The notes under the pieces are model-generated. The model made no database searches. It was not told the DNA's origin and saw only the letters and a program-made list of their open reading frames with translations. Of a stretch of 64,000 bases of DNA, positions 1-10,508 are shown one piece after another (the stretch's first letter is position 1; the number at the start of each line of letters is the position of its first letter). Both the position numbers and the translations under genes were made by a program. Origin of the DNA: Limnochordia bacterium (lineage in GTDB: Bacteria; Bacillota; Limnochordia; DTU080); the NCBI GenBank assembly GCA_050951545.1, contig JBMNJG010000006.1, positions 128,001 through 192,000 of the forward strand, given 5' to 3'.

Positions 1-1
1 G

Positions 2-565
2 CTACAGCGCATACAGATCGGAGCCTTCCGAGACGCTGTCACCTACCTCGTTGAGGGACCCAGCGGCATCGTGATGGCCCGAGGCGAACTGACGAGAGGC
101 GACAACGAAACCCAGCAGATCAGCATAGCCGTTCCAGCGGGAGTCTACAGCGTACGCATTGAGGCCGGCTCAGGAGCTGTTTCGCTGGCGTCCAGCAATC
201 GACATGTGGTGACCGAAGCAAGCCAGAAGAGCCCGATGAACATTATCGGGCGAGTGCGACCGCTCACTTTCTACGTGCCAGAACAGACAACCAGCTTTAA
301 CCTGCACCTGAAGGCTTCGGCGCGGGAGACAGTACGGCTAGTCATGCATGATCCGCAAGGCGACACAGTCATTGACGATGTGTTCGACCGTGAAGTCACT
401 GTCAACTTCGATGCCTCTGGCCGAGCTGGTATCTGGAACCTGCAGCTACTACGCGCTCCCGTGGGGATCTTTGAGGATGTCGAGCAGATCTATCTCGAGG
501 GCGTGCCACCTTATTTTAGCGAAGCTGCAGAGCGGCTGCTCGTGCCTTCTGAGAACCCACATTAA
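2..565 (+). CDS. 3' part of a hypothetical protein (beta-rich, possibly secreted), truncated by window start
   Basis: The frame of track ORF 71..565 stays open back to position 2; followed by a hairpin. Confidence 0.7.
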   Translation, partial: LQRIQIGAFRDAVTYLVEGPSGIVMARGELTRGDNETQQISIAVPAGVYSVRIEAGSGAVSLASSNRHVVTEASQKSPMNIIGRVRPLTFYVPEQTTSFNLHLKASARETVRLVMHDPQGDTVIDDVFDREVTVNFDASGRAGIWNLQLLRAPVGIFEDVEQIYLEGVPPYFSEAAERLLVPSENPH

Positions 566-570
566 CGCGA

Positions 571-609
571 AGTCAGCAGTGGCGGGCTCTCCCCCGCCAC
601 TGCTTGACT
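571..609. terminator. Hairpin between convergent genes, probably a bidirectional terminator
   Basis: gcagtggcggg-ctctcc-cccgccactgc inverted repeat. Confidence 0.65.
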
Positions 610-620
610 CTCAGTCTTGC

Positions 621-1925
621 CTATCTCTCACCCATTAGCTGCTTTCCCAAAGCGATGCCCGCCTCGATGATGGCTTCGCCTGTGCCCGGACAGAGGCGAG
701 TCGAGCGAGGCTCGTATCCGCCCTCCTCATAGGCCTTCGCAGTAGGCACGTAACCTAGATAACCGTTTGACAGGTTGGCCACCATGCCAAAGGTGTTGGG
801 GAAAGCCTCTTTGAAGTCGATGCCCAGCTGGGTAAACATCTCTCCAGGGCCGCTCGTGATAAGCGCTGGACCAATACGCAAACAGATGACCTCTTGCATG
901 AAGCTATCGGGTTGGCTGCCATGGTACTCTGCCCACTCCGGATTGACTTCGGCAACTCGCCTCTCCATGCGACCCACCTTGGGATCATTAAGGGCTTGAT
1001 GACTCTTCTCAAGGAACTCTGCAAGAGGCATGCGCTCAAGAGCTACTTCCGTGGAGGCTGCCCCCACCTGGTCGCAAGCCTCGGGGCTCAGGCTCACGGC
1101 CACACGCACCGTCTCACCAGCCAACCCCAGACCAATCTCTTCCGTGTAGCCTGGCCAACGGCGAGGACGTCCAGGATCACTGACGTTAAACTGGTTAATG
1201 TCTCCGCTAGCACCGTTCACCACGACCACACCAAACGGCCGGGCGCTGCCCTTGGGCTGCATCGCACAGCGAATCTTCTCGGCAGCCACGCCTACCCAAT
1301 CAGCTGAGAAAAGCTTGCCTCCCACGGTATCGCAGTGGCAACCGAAATGCGCGAGCACGCCAACAGGAACACCGTCAGGCCCATCAAAACGGAGCACGGT
1401 GACATCCGTATCCACCGGGCCTGCTGGCTTCACGATATCCGGGTTGCCAGTGCCGGGGTTCGTGTGAGCGTACCCATTCTTCATGAAGAAGCGCCGGTTG
1501 AAAGAGACCCCGGGCAGGGAGCCTCTACCCACACCCAGTGTTACCTCTACCCGGTCGCGAAAGGCGATCTCGATAGCACCAGCGGTCAGACGCGCCCAGG
1601 TTTTCATGTACTCCTCATCCCTACGAAATCCTGGCCGTCTGTGGACTACTGGTCCTGTATGGGTATGACTGGCCGCGATGAGAACATGCGACTCCGGAAT
1701 GCCTACCCGTGCTTGCACCTGCTGCTTCACAGCCTGGATGTCTTCCGGCAACATGGCAATGAGATCGGTAACTGCAACGGCGACATGCGTGTCACCTTGG
1801 GATACCACCAGTGCTCTCGAGTGCAAATCGTCTTTGATTCCCTCAGCTAACCGCTCTGCGAAGTACCCCGCCATGCCCGTCCCCATGGGAGGCGTGATGA
1901 CCACTTCGCCAAAACCAGCCTGCAT
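621..1925 (-). CDS. Neutral/alkaline ceramidase-like amidohydrolase
   Basis: AGFGEVVITPPMG..MAGY start, ASHTHTGP, FGCHCD, NGASGDIN and GYVPT..AYEEGGYE motifs. Confidence 0.75.
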   Translation of the reverse strand: MQAGFGEVVITPPMGTGMAGYFAERLAEGIKDDLHSRALVVSQGDTHVAVAVTDLIAMLPEDIQAVKQQVQARVGIPESHVLIAASHTHTGPVVHRRPGFRRDEEYMKTWARLTAGAIEIAFRDRVEVTLGVGRGSLPGVSFNRRFFMKNGYAHTNPGTGNPDIVKPAGPVDTDVTVLRFDGPDGVPVGVLAHFGCHCDTVGGKLFSADWVGVAAEKIRCAMQPKGSARPFGVVVVNGASGDINQFNVSDPGRPRRWPGYTEEIGLGLAGETVRVAVSLSPEACDQVGAASTEVALERMPLAEFLEKSHQALNDPKVGRMERRVAEVNPEWAEYHGSQPDSFMQEVICLRIGPALITSGPGEMFTQLGIDFKEAFPNTFGMVANLSNGYLGYVPTAKAYEEGGYEPRSTRLCPGTGEAIIEAGIALGKQLMGER

Positions 1926-2129
1926 TTTCACCCACCTGCCTTCAGTAATTCGTGTACGACGACCTGGCAAACAAGCCGCCACCTCAGCTTACCACACTTT
2001 GCCATGTGGCTCTGTGAGGGAGCTCTATGCTGGACAGCAATGCTATCTCGCTGCAAAGGGGCCCAGACTTCGTGACTTGACATCCTACATATATCTGAAC
2101 TATGGTCAAATTGATGAACTCAAAGGGGG

Positions 2130-3416
2130 TTGTATCACATGAGATCAAGGCGTTGCGGTATTCTGCACCTGATCTTGGCATTGGCAGCATTTGTGGTCGT
2201 AGCAGCACAGCCCGTGTACGGAAGGCAGACGCTGCAGATCATGGTGCACGAAGGCGGAGACTACCTTGAGCGGACGAAGCAGTTCTTTGCAGCATTTGAA
2301 GGCAGAAACCCCGACATTGAAGTGGAGATCGTGCCCGGCGCTGGAGGGAACTCACCAGAGGAGAAGCTATCCGTCATGGTGGCCGCGGGGATCCCGCCCG
2401 ACTTGGTGCGCACTTGGAACGCAAAGAAGCTAGGGGCTTCAGGTCTGCTGCAGGATCTCACATCGCGGTTTCAGAAACTGCCCGCAGCGGTGCGCAACGA
2501 CTTCTGGCCCGTTCTCCTGGACGATCTCAGCTATGAAGGTCGACTATACGCTCTGCCTCTGGGAACTGTGTGCAGCATGTACTACTACAATAAGCAGCTA
2601 TTTGATGAGAAGGGCGTGCCAGCCCCTAACCCCAACTGGAGCTGGGAGCGAGAGGGAATCAGCGAGCTCAAGAAGCTGAGTGTCGACCTTAACGGCGACG
2701 GCGTCCCCGACCAATGGGGTCTGGGCGCCGTGGATGGCGGTGCAGGCAATGAACTCTATCCCTTCATCTACTCCGCGGGTGGCGGCCCGCTTTTCAATGA
2801 AGACGGACGCAAGTTCCTGGGTAACAACCCCGCCACTCGTGATGCCTTGCAGTTCCTTCAGGATCTGGCCCAGGTCCATCGCGTCATGAATCCGATCGTT
2901 GGCGGTTGGGGCGAGTTTGCCCAACAGCGTGCAGCCTCGCTGCTGTGGGGGAGTTTCATGGCGGGCTATTTCCCTGCCTATGAGAATTTGGACTGGGATT
3001 TCGCCCTACGGCCAACCTTCCATGGTAACCGAGCGAGCAACGTCTGGGCAGAGACTCCCTACGGCATTTCTTCTGGTGCCAAGAGGGCTGACCTGGCCTG
3101 GCGGGCCTTGGAGTATATCGCCAGCGTTGAAGGTCAGCAGCTATCGATCAAGCTCGGGTGGGCCATCCCGCCAGCACGCAGGAGCGTAACAGTAGGCGCC
3201 TTCTTGCAGCACTTCAGTGACAAGGAAGTTCAGGTTGTCGCAGAGATGCTCTCCCTGCCGCTGAATCAGCCTCTGCCGCGCCAAGCTCCCTCAGGCTGGC
3301 AAACCAGCATTTGGTGGCCATCCGTTGTCGTACCCGTCTACCGCGGTGAAAAGGCACCCGGTCAAGCAATAGACGAAGTGGCACCCAGAATCGCCGCCTT
3401 GGCAGAGAGTCAGTAG
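2130..3416 (+). CDS. Sugar ABC-type extracellular solute-binding protein
   Basis: Signal peptide, AAGIPPDL, YEGRLYALP, YYNKQLF and DLNGDGVPDQWG motifs. Confidence 0.88.
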   Translation: MYHMRSRRCGILHLILALAAFVVVAAQPVYGRQTLQIMVHEGGDYLERTKQFFAAFEGRNPDIEVEIVPGAGGNSPEEKLSVMVAAGIPPDLVRTWNAKKLGASGLLQDLTSRFQKLPAAVRNDFWPVLLDDLSYEGRLYALPLGTVCSMYYYNKQLFDEKGVPAPNPNWSWEREGISELKKLSVDLNGDGVPDQWGLGAVDGGAGNELYPFIYSAGGGPLFNEDGRKFLGNNPATRDALQFLQDLAQVHRVMNPIVGGWGEFAQQRAASLLWGSFMAGYFPAYENLDWDFALRPTFHGNRASNVWAETPYGISSGAKRADLAWRALEYIASVEGQQLSIKLGWAIPPARRSVTVGAFLQHFSDKEVQVVAEMLSLPLNQPLPRQAPSGWQTSIWWPSVVVPVYRGEKAPGQAIDEVAPRIAALAESQ

Positions 3417-3424
3417 CTCTGACA

Positions 3425-3454
3425 GGAGTTGGGTGCCTTCTGGTACCCAACTCC
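3425..3454. terminator. Hairpin between convergent SBP genes
   Basis: ggagttgggtgcc-ttct-ggtacccaactcc. Confidence 0.6.
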
Positions 3455-3545
3455 CTCTGCAATCCCGTCAGACGACAGTCCACCACGAACTCTCGAGGGA
3501 TCTGTCAGCTATGTACTGACTCCCATCATACGTTGATCCGAGCAC

Positions 3546-4862
3546 TCACTTGCTATACCAATACTCATCGAGAAGGGGCTGAATAAGCCGTCGCGCCTCC
3601 TCCATGGCGACCACAGAGCCCTTCCTACCGTAAACAACGTCCGTAAGCGCCGAAGCATGTATGTCCATGAGCTGCCGAGAGATGGGCAGCATCTGCACAG
3701 AGGCGGCCATAGACATGGCATTGGCTAGGGCCAGAATGTCCTTGTTGATCTTTCTATACTCTGGATTGCTATTGAATGCCACAAGAGGGGCTAATCGGCC
3801 CTGTCGCAGAAGAAAGTCACCAATGGTGTCCCGGCGAGTGCCGAGCCATCTTAGTAGCAACCACGCTTCATCAGCGTGAGACCCCTTGGGGATCACATAG
3901 TGCCAAGTGCCAATATGGGCCCCCGCGTAGGGAACACTGGCATTCAGGCGCGGCCGAGGTCCTACGGCGAAGTTGAAACCCTCTTGGCTCGCGATGTACG
4001 ACCACTCCCAGGCACCTGTTTGGTACATCGCCGCCTTGCCGTTGAGGAAATTGGCGCGACCTGCACGCACATCACCTGGGCTGCGGTGCCACGACAAGTT
4101 GATCTGAGAAAGCTTCTCCACCACCTCCAGCGCAGCACCCTGGTGGAAAGCTGGCGCCCGTAGGTCTTTGGTGAGGAACTCTCCGTTAGCAGCGTAGAGC
4201 CAGGCAACGTTGTTGTAGTCGCCCGTTGTTGCCAAGCACCCTGGTGACACGACGATAGATCCGTCCGCGTCATAGCGAACCAGTTTCAGCCCCGCCTCAT
4301 GCAATTGATCCAGTGTCTCCGGAGGTTTCGCAGCATTAAGCCCTGCAGCATTGAACAGGTCGACGTTGCGGTAGAAAATGGTGTTGGCATCGCCGCCCGC
4401 TCGTACAGGCAGACCGTACTGCTGACCGTTCCATCTTCCGGATGCGAGCTCAGATTCATACCAAAGACTGGGCTCGAGCTTATCACGAGTTAGATACTGA
4501 TCAATCGGTAGGAGCATACCTTTGTCAGCGAAACCGACGAGATCAAAGGTCTGAAACATGATAAGATTGGGGGCCACTCCACCAGCATAGGCCACGACAA
4601 ACTTCTGAATAAGGTCGTTCGCCCCGCAGCCCATTGTCCGTACAGCCACTGAGACATGCGGATATGCTTTTTCGAACTCCTCGATGTAGCCCTTGATCCA
4701 ATCGGTGCGGTGCCCTCCCCAACACTCCCAGAACTCGAGTTCTACCGGTGCCGCAGTTCCTCCGAGTGTATAGGCATACAAGGCTGTAGCGATCACCAGA
4801 AGGCAGATCAAGTGAAGCTTCGAAGAGCGTGTGACGATGCGTTCCCGTCCAGAACATGCCAT
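3546..4862 (-). CDS. Sugar ABC-type extracellular solute-binding protein
   Basis: Signal peptide, AGGVAPNL, WNGQQYGLP, FYRNVDLF, FLNGKAAMY. Confidence 0.88.
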   Translation of the reverse strand: MACSGRERIVTRSSKLHLICLLVIATALYAYTLGGTAAPVELEFWECWGGHRTDWIKGYIEEFEKAYPHVSVAVRTMGCGANDLIQKFVVAYAGGVAPNLIMFQTFDLVGFADKGMLLPIDQYLTRDKLEPSLWYESELASGRWNGQQYGLPVRAGGDANTIFYRNVDLFNAAGLNAAKPPETLDQLHEAGLKLVRYDADGSIVVSPGCLATTGDYNNVAWLYAANGEFLTKDLRAPAFHQGAALEVVEKLSQINLSWHRSPGDVRAGRANFLNGKAAMYQTGAWEWSYIASQEGFNFAVGPRPRLNASVPYAGAHIGTWHYVIPKGSHADEAWLLLRWLGTRRDTIGDFLLRQGRLAPLVAFNSNPEYRKINKDILALANAMSMAASVQMLPISRQLMDIHASALTDVVYGRKGSVVAMEEARRLIQPLLDEYWYSK

Positions 4863-4892
4863 CTGTCTTCCTCCTTGTACCGATGCTCGTCT

Positions 4893-6308
4893 CTAGTTTA
4901 CTTCTAGGAATGTGCAGTTCTGCTCAGCCAATGCTTGGTGCAGAATCGGTACCGGCAGATCGCGAGCTGCCAGTTCCCTCTTCACGCACAGCGCGGCCGC
5001 TGTTCCCGCGGCCTGTCCAAACTGCATGCAGTTCACCATCACGCGTGTGGCTCCATGGGAGGCATGCGTAGTGGAGATGCAGCGCCCAGCCACCAACAGG
5101 TTGCTACGGTTCTTCGGCACCAGGCAACGGTAGGGCACCTGATAGCACACCGTGTCACGGGGCTGTCCGTCGCTGGTCCAATGGCCGCGCCGCCAAGAAC
5201 CATCCTCCAGCGCCTCGCGCATACTGCCGTCGATCTCCTTGAAGAGAATGCCCCGCCGGAGAGGATGATGGATGTCAATTGGATACGTCCCTTGAGCGAT
5301 CACGTCAGGGAAGCGAACTCCCTCAAGGACCTCTTCCTCTTGTAGCACGTGCTCACCGACAATGCGTCGTGTCTCACGGATGCCAATCTGCGAAGCGATG
5401 TCGACGACATACGCGTCTTCGAAGCCGGGGACGTGTGTCCGCAGCTGTGTCAGGACCCACTGCAGCTGGCGCCGCCCCTCCATTTCGGCTCGGGTAAGAC
5501 TCCAACCATCCGAACCGTCGACTTCCGTGACACGTACACCAGCCAGCATCAGCTCGTCTTCTCGGAACAGATTCGGAGCGCTCCATAGGAAGTTGGGGTA
5601 CTCCTGGTCGTTGTAATCCATACGTTTGTTGAGAGCCTTGGCCACCAGGCCCTTCTGGAACCCCTCACGCTGGGCGCGCTCTACATCGATCCCACCTACC
5701 CGGAAGCACAGCGAAGGGGGCTGCATGAGTCCTTGCGCATCACCCTTTTTGCACGGCACACCTGCGCGAGCGGCGACATCTGCATCACCAGTAGCGTCAA
5801 TGATGAAGCGAGCACGGATCGCTTGGCGACCAGACTTGTTCTGGATGATCACCGTGTCAATGCGGCCATCGTCTAGCAGAACGTCGCTCGCCCACGTGTG
5901 CACAAGAGGTGTCACCTTGGCATCAAGAATCAACTCATCAAAGGCAAGCTTGGCCTGCTCTGTATCGATGGTGAAGTAACCCCGTCCATCGGGCCGGGAA
6001 TTGCGCACAGCCTCGCGACGAGCAAGCCGCTCAACGAGCTCTTCGGGCAGGCCCCGAATCACCTGCGTCTCATAATCCATGCCATAGAGCTTATGCCAGA
6101 TGACAACCAGACCCGCTGTGGCCATGCCACCAAAGAAACCATGCCGCTCAACGAGCATGACGTCGGCACCGAGCCTTGCTGCTGCAACAGCGGCACATAC
6201 ACCCGCAGGACCACCCCCACACACCAACACATCGACCTCATGAACGACTGGTATTCGTTCCGCTGGCACAACCACAGATAAACCCGCTGAATTCACTGTC
6301 ATTCCCAC
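4893..6308 (-). CDS. FAD-dependent oxidoreductase (FAD_oxidored family)
   Basis: DVLVCGGGPAG, IDATGDAD, GIRETRRIVG, YQVPYRCLVP, LVAGRCIS, GQAAGTAA. Confidence 0.9.
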   Translation of the reverse strand: MGMTVNSAGLSVVVPAERIPVVHEVDVLVCGGGPAGVCAAVAAARLGADVMLVERHGFFGGMATAGLVVIWHKLYGMDYETQVIRGLPEELVERLARREAVRNSRPDGRGYFTIDTEQAKLAFDELILDAKVTPLVHTWASDVLLDDGRIDTVIIQNKSGRQAIRARFIIDATGDADVAARAGVPCKKGDAQGLMQPPSLCFRVGGIDVERAQREGFQKGLVAKALNKRMDYNDQEYPNFLWSAPNLFREDELMLAGVRVTEVDGSDGWSLTRAEMEGRRQLQWVLTQLRTHVPGFEDAYVVDIASQIGIRETRRIVGEHVLQEEEVLEGVRFPDVIAQGTYPIDIHHPLRRGILFKEIDGSMREALEDGSWRRGHWTSDGQPRDTVCYQVPYRCLVPKNRSNLLVAGRCISTTHASHGATRVMVNCMQFGQAAGTAAALCVKRELAARDLPVPILHQALAEQNCTFLEVN

Positions 6309-6531
6309 TCTCCATCCCAGATTCGGTCGCCTATGCTATGCTCTGACACTGTGGTCAGCACGCTACCATCGCTGATACCGTACACAATCAACGAACTATC
6401 GGAACCGGGCAGACGAATGCTGGCTATCTCATTTGCACAGCCAGCATTGCGTAGACTTGAGGTGTTGTTGATCGGCAGCACGGCCTCCTAGCAGCAGCCT
6501 TCACTGACATGGTGCCTTTGAGTGGAATGCC

Positions 6532-7827
6532 CTACGTGGGCGATTCTTGGACAAGGGCCACTGCTTCATCAGCGACAGCGGCACCTACATTGGCAGAGTA
6601 GTGTGGACGCCCCGTGAGTCCCGGTACAGTTATGGCTGCATATCCCCTTCGCTCATAGTCACTGGGGTCAGGGATATAGCCCCAGAAATCGTTGCTGTAG
6701 CCCACCACCCATAGGTTGTCTCCCAGCGTCCGCTGGCGAATCTCCTGCGCCACCGCGGAAAACATCTCAGCACCATGGAACAGAATGCGCAATGGCCCAA
6801 GCTGGATACACTGGATCTCGCTAGACCACCCTGCGGGAACTGGCTTCCCATAGTAATCCTGCCTCCATTGGGCAAGGACCTCCGACCAGAAGCGCTTGGC
6901 TCCCTGCGTCGCCACTGTTGGGTTCCTATGGAAAGCCTCCTCAGACTTCTGCAGAGTGTCTTTCATCTGACTCTCTGTCATCACACTCACATCCACGGGT
7001 AGCGAGATCAGACGAGACGAAGAGGCCACACTGGGAGCGTCCAGGACTTGGCGCTTGGCCCATAGCTGCATGACGCCACCCGCTACGGCACTGCCCACAG
7101 CTGCGGCCCGATCTTCATGTGGCATGGGCTGTGGAAGGGGTGCTGGGTTTAGGTCGCCGCAAGCCCCCTGCAGATAAAGCACTGGCACATCTGGCCATTG
7201 CCTCTTCAGGCAGTCTCTCATCTCTCCAACCCAATCAGCGGAAGCATGCGTGTGTTCGCCCCTGAAAACCACAGCATGACAGGAGAACCTCGTGAGGATG
7301 CCTGCCAGGGCGCCTGAAGACTCGTGGACGAACAGGCACTGCTGGACATCGTCAATGGGGCCGCCCGAACGCGCTCGATTGAAGGCGACTCCAGGTAGTG
7401 TCCCGCTTGCTGCAGAAAGCACTGCTGGGCGTAGCCTCTGCCATGCTAGTAGCCCAACCTGCACCAAGCGGCGTTCAAAGAACGATACGTATTCCGGAGA
7501 CACCTCACCGCAACCGCGTAGGAAGAAGGTCGCTGGTCCACAATGGGTGTGGGTGGCGCACAAGGCTATAGCGCTTGTCGGTAGCCCCGTCGCGTGGCTC
7601 AGCTCAGTGCGCACCCTATTGGCGGAGTCGCGGTCATAGCCGCATACATCTGCACTGATAATCAACGCTCCGCACTGTCCTACACGAAAGGCGGCGGCTT
7701 GAGCGAGTAGGAACGAGTGTACATTGTCAGTTTTTCGTCCTAGGTAAAACCCGTACCCTGATAGCTCAACTCCCATCCAAGGAGTGATGTCAATGTGGGC
7801 GAACCCGGCTTGCCATTCGGACGACAC
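6532..7827 (-). CDS. Neutral/alkaline ceramidase-like amidohydrolase (second paralog)
   Basis: AGFAHIDITP..LSGY, ATHTHCGP, FSCH, LQGACGDLNP, GYSNDFWGYIP. Confidence 0.75.
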   Translation of the reverse strand: MSSEWQAGFAHIDITPWMGVELSGYGFYLGRKTDNVHSFLLAQAAAFRVGQCGALIISADVCGYDRDSANRVRTELSHATGLPTSAIALCATHTHCGPATFFLRGCGEVSPEYVSFFERRLVQVGLLAWQRLRPAVLSAASGTLPGVAFNRARSGGPIDDVQQCLFVHESSGALAGILTRFSCHAVVFRGEHTHASADWVGEMRDCLKRQWPDVPVLYLQGACGDLNPAPLPQPMPHEDRAAAVGSAVAGGVMQLWAKRQVLDAPSVASSSRLISLPVDVSVMTESQMKDTLQKSEEAFHRNPTVATQGAKRFWSEVLAQWRQDYYGKPVPAGWSSEIQCIQLGPLRILFHGAEMFSAVAQEIRQRTLGDNLWVVGYSNDFWGYIPDPSDYERRGYAAITVPGLTGRPHYSANVGAAVADEAVALVQESPT

Positions 7828-7845
7828 GAGCAGCTTCCCCCTCTT

Positions 7846-9171
7846 CTATCTCGTCAGTTCCACATCGATAGCGTGCTCAGCACGCATGAGAGCCTCTGGG
7901 ATGGCTATCGTGCCATCGAGTCCCTGCATAAGCTGCGTACCAGCGGGCGTTTGGAAATCACTGAAGCGTTTGTGCTTGATACCCAGCAGCAGTAGAGGTG
8001 AGTAGACACGACTCATCATTTCCTTCGTGAAAGGCGATCGCTGGAGGTCAGGGTCCGCAAAAAGCGAGTGCCGAATTGGCAGCATGCCACGCACCATGAG
8101 ATACTGCTTGAGGTTTCTGGGCTGCACAAAGGATTCAATAACCCTCCACGCCTCATCCGGGTGCTTGCTGGAGGAGACGATCATGAGGTTGGCAGCCATG
8201 AAGTTCAGGTTGTCCCTACCCTGAACAGGACCCGGGTACCTGAAAAAACCGAGCGTATCGCTCTCTGCCACTTCGGGCCGGGCCTTGATCAGATCCTGCC
8301 AGTTAGCTCCGCTCCACGCGTAGAACATGCCACCCTTCCCGTCGACCAAAGCTACGTCACTAGCTGCCTGCCCTTGCTGCATGTCTCCCATCTGCCAAAG
8401 CTCATGGAGGTAGTCCATAGCACGAATACCCTCTGCGTGATTCAACCTGGCCTTGGTATCCATCTCGGCGAGAAGAGTCGTGTCGAGCTGTCGCAGCAGG
8501 GTTTCCAGCATGGCCAGCATCCACTGGCTAGACCGCCAGGTCCGCCAACCCCAGCGCTCTACAGTCCCATCACTACCCAAGCGAGTAAGGCGACGAGCAG
8601 CCCCCAGCATTTCGTTCCAGTCCTTGGGCGGCTCCATCATCCCGGCTTCGGCAAAGACGATGCGATTCCACAGCACGCCCCACGGCCAGACCATGAACGG
8701 CATGGCCTGCAACTCACCTTCGTAGGTCATGGCGTCGATCACGTCAGGCAGGAAGTCATTGCGATTTGGCATTCTATTGAAGAAACGGTTTAGGGGCAGA
8801 GTGAGTCCGATCTCCGCCCAGTTGCCTATACGGGTGTCAACGACATAGGAGACGTCAGGGCCCACACCCGCTGCCACGGTGACCATCAGCTTCTCGTTCG
8901 GATTGGGTGTCTGTGTTTCGACGGTGAGTTGGATGTCGGGGTTCTCTTTTTCAAACTGCACCGCCCACTCCTTGACCCACGCTTCGGCAGGGCCTTGCCA
9001 ATGCATCCACCACGTGATCGGCGTTTTTGCCAGCGACGATGAACCAAGCACAGCCAGGCAACAGACGCAGACGAGCATTGATCTCAACGGCCACCTCACG
9101 ACACTACCCCCTATCGCCATTTGACCATTCGGAACACGAACCTTCGCTCTATCACTCGACCAAGACCCCAC
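7846..9171 (-). CDS. Sugar ABC-type extracellular solute-binding protein (start uncertain)
   Basis: FEKENPDI, AAGVGPDV, YEGELQAMP, SSKHPDEAW. Confidence 0.85.
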   Translation of the reverse strand: MGSWSSDRAKVRVPNGQMAIGGSVVRWPLRSMLVCVCCLAVLGSSSLAKTPITWWMHWQGPAEAWVKEWAVQFEKENPDIQLTVETQTPNPNEKLMVTVAAGVGPDVSYVVDTRIGNWAEIGLTLPLNRFFNRMPNRNDFLPDVIDAMTYEGELQAMPFMVWPWGVLWNRIVFAEAGMMEPPKDWNEMLGAARRLTRLGSDGTVERWGWRTWRSSQWMLAMLETLLRQLDTTLLAEMDTKARLNHAEGIRAMDYLHELWQMGDMQQGQAASDVALVDGKGGMFYAWSGANWQDLIKARPEVAESDTLGFFRYPGPVQGRDNLNFMAANLMIVSSSKHPDEAWRVIESFVQPRNLKQYLMVRGMLPIRHSLFADPDLQRSPFTKEMMSRVYSPLLLLGIKHKRFSDFQTPAGTQLMQGLDGTIAIPEALMRAEHAIDVELTR

Positions 9172-9375
9172 CCACGGTACTCAACAACTGTCTCTAGGAG
9201 TGATTGCACTGCTAACAATCACACGTCTTTCTTCTTTTCTGAAGCTGAAGGTCCTTCCTCGCCGCGCAGGAACCTCTCATACAAGATGCGCAGGAGTCAG
9301 CACGGGCGACGCCAAATGCACATGAGAAGTGCTCATGCCGATGACGTAACCGCAAAGCACCGAGGAGGTCGTGCC

Positions 9376-10464
9376 ATGCCATCCTACGACAACGGTCTGC
9401 ACGAGAGGCCAGAAGTGATCGAGCGAGTGATGAATGACAAGCAGCGGCTAGTCAAAACGGAAACGGAGGATTTCCTCAGATCGCTGGCCGCACAGTGGAT
9501 CGACTCTGGGCAGAGGTTGTGGAACCGTGACTACAGCTCACCGGAGAGATACCTCACGTCCGTAGAACCAAACCGAGACCGCTGGCTGGCAGCAGTCGGA
9601 GATCCCTCAAGTCTTGAGTTACCAGCACCCCAGGGCGAAGTCACCTGGGAGCCATTCATTGAGGACGACGAGGTGATCGCCCAATGGCTGATTCTGCCAG
9701 TCGCTGGTAGCTTGCGGGCACATGGTGTACTGGCCCTCCCCAAGGGTGCTTCAGGCAAAGTGCCTTTGGTTATAGCTCAACATGGCATCGGGAGCTCGCC
9801 CGAAACAGTGATGGGGCTTACAGGTAGCAATGGGGCCTACCATTCGTACGGCCGCCAACTACTGAGGCATGGTTTCGCTGTTTTGGCCCCCAGGAATGTC
9901 TGTGGCGCACCGCCGCGCAATCGTCTGGAACGTCTCTGCAAGATGCTCGGCATCACCTTGTGGGGGCTCGAGATATTCAAGATCCGTCGCCTGCTCGACA
10001 CAGTCTTGGCGATGCCCGAAATCGATGCGAACCGTGTCGGCATGTGGGGCATAAGTCTCGGTGGTGCCTACACGATGTTCACTGTGCCGCTTGAACCACG
10101 TATCGGGGCGGCAATCTGTTGCGCTTGGTTTAACGATCGCTACAGGAAAATGGTAGTCGACGATCCGCGTTACAGCTGCTTTCTATCGGTCGATACGGAG
10201 TACGTATTCATCCCGCGCTGGCTAGCCGAATTCCATGATGAGAATCTGGCCTCCCTGGTATGCCCAAGGCCCTTGCAGGTACAGGCCGGCAAGGCCGATA
10301 GCATTGCCTGGTGGCCATATGCGATTGAGACTTTTAACCGGGCACGTGAGCACTATAGCCGACTAGGCATACCCGAGGCCATCGAACTGGATCTGCATGA
10401 AGGCGGACACGAAACCCGGGTGGATACGGGAATAGCCTTTCTTGAGCGTTGGCTGAAGAGCTAG
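9376..10464 (+). CDS. Alpha/beta hydrolase (dienelactone hydrolase / acetylesterase-like)
   Basis: GGAGG RBS before ATG 9376; PLVIAQHG, nucleophile motif GISLGG, C-terminal GGH. Confidence 0.8.
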   Translation: MPSYDNGLHERPEVIERVMNDKQRLVKTETEDFLRSLAAQWIDSGQRLWNRDYSSPERYLTSVEPNRDRWLAAVGDPSSLELPAPQGEVTWEPFIEDDEVIAQWLILPVAGSLRAHGVLALPKGASGKVPLVIAQHGIGSSPETVMGLTGSNGAYHSYGRQLLRHGFAVLAPRNVCGAPPRNRLERLCKMLGITLWGLEIFKIRRLLDTVLAMPEIDANRVGMWGISLGGAYTMFTVPLEPRIGAAICCAWFNDRYRKMVVDDPRYSCFLSVDTEYVFIPRWLAEFHDENLASLVCPRPLQVQAGKADSIAWWPYAIETFNRAREHYSRLGIPEAIELDLHEGGHETRVDTGIAFLERWLKS

Positions 10465-10508
10465 AAGAAGCCTAAATCAGCGATTTCCGTGCGGTAACCG
10501 CATCAGGT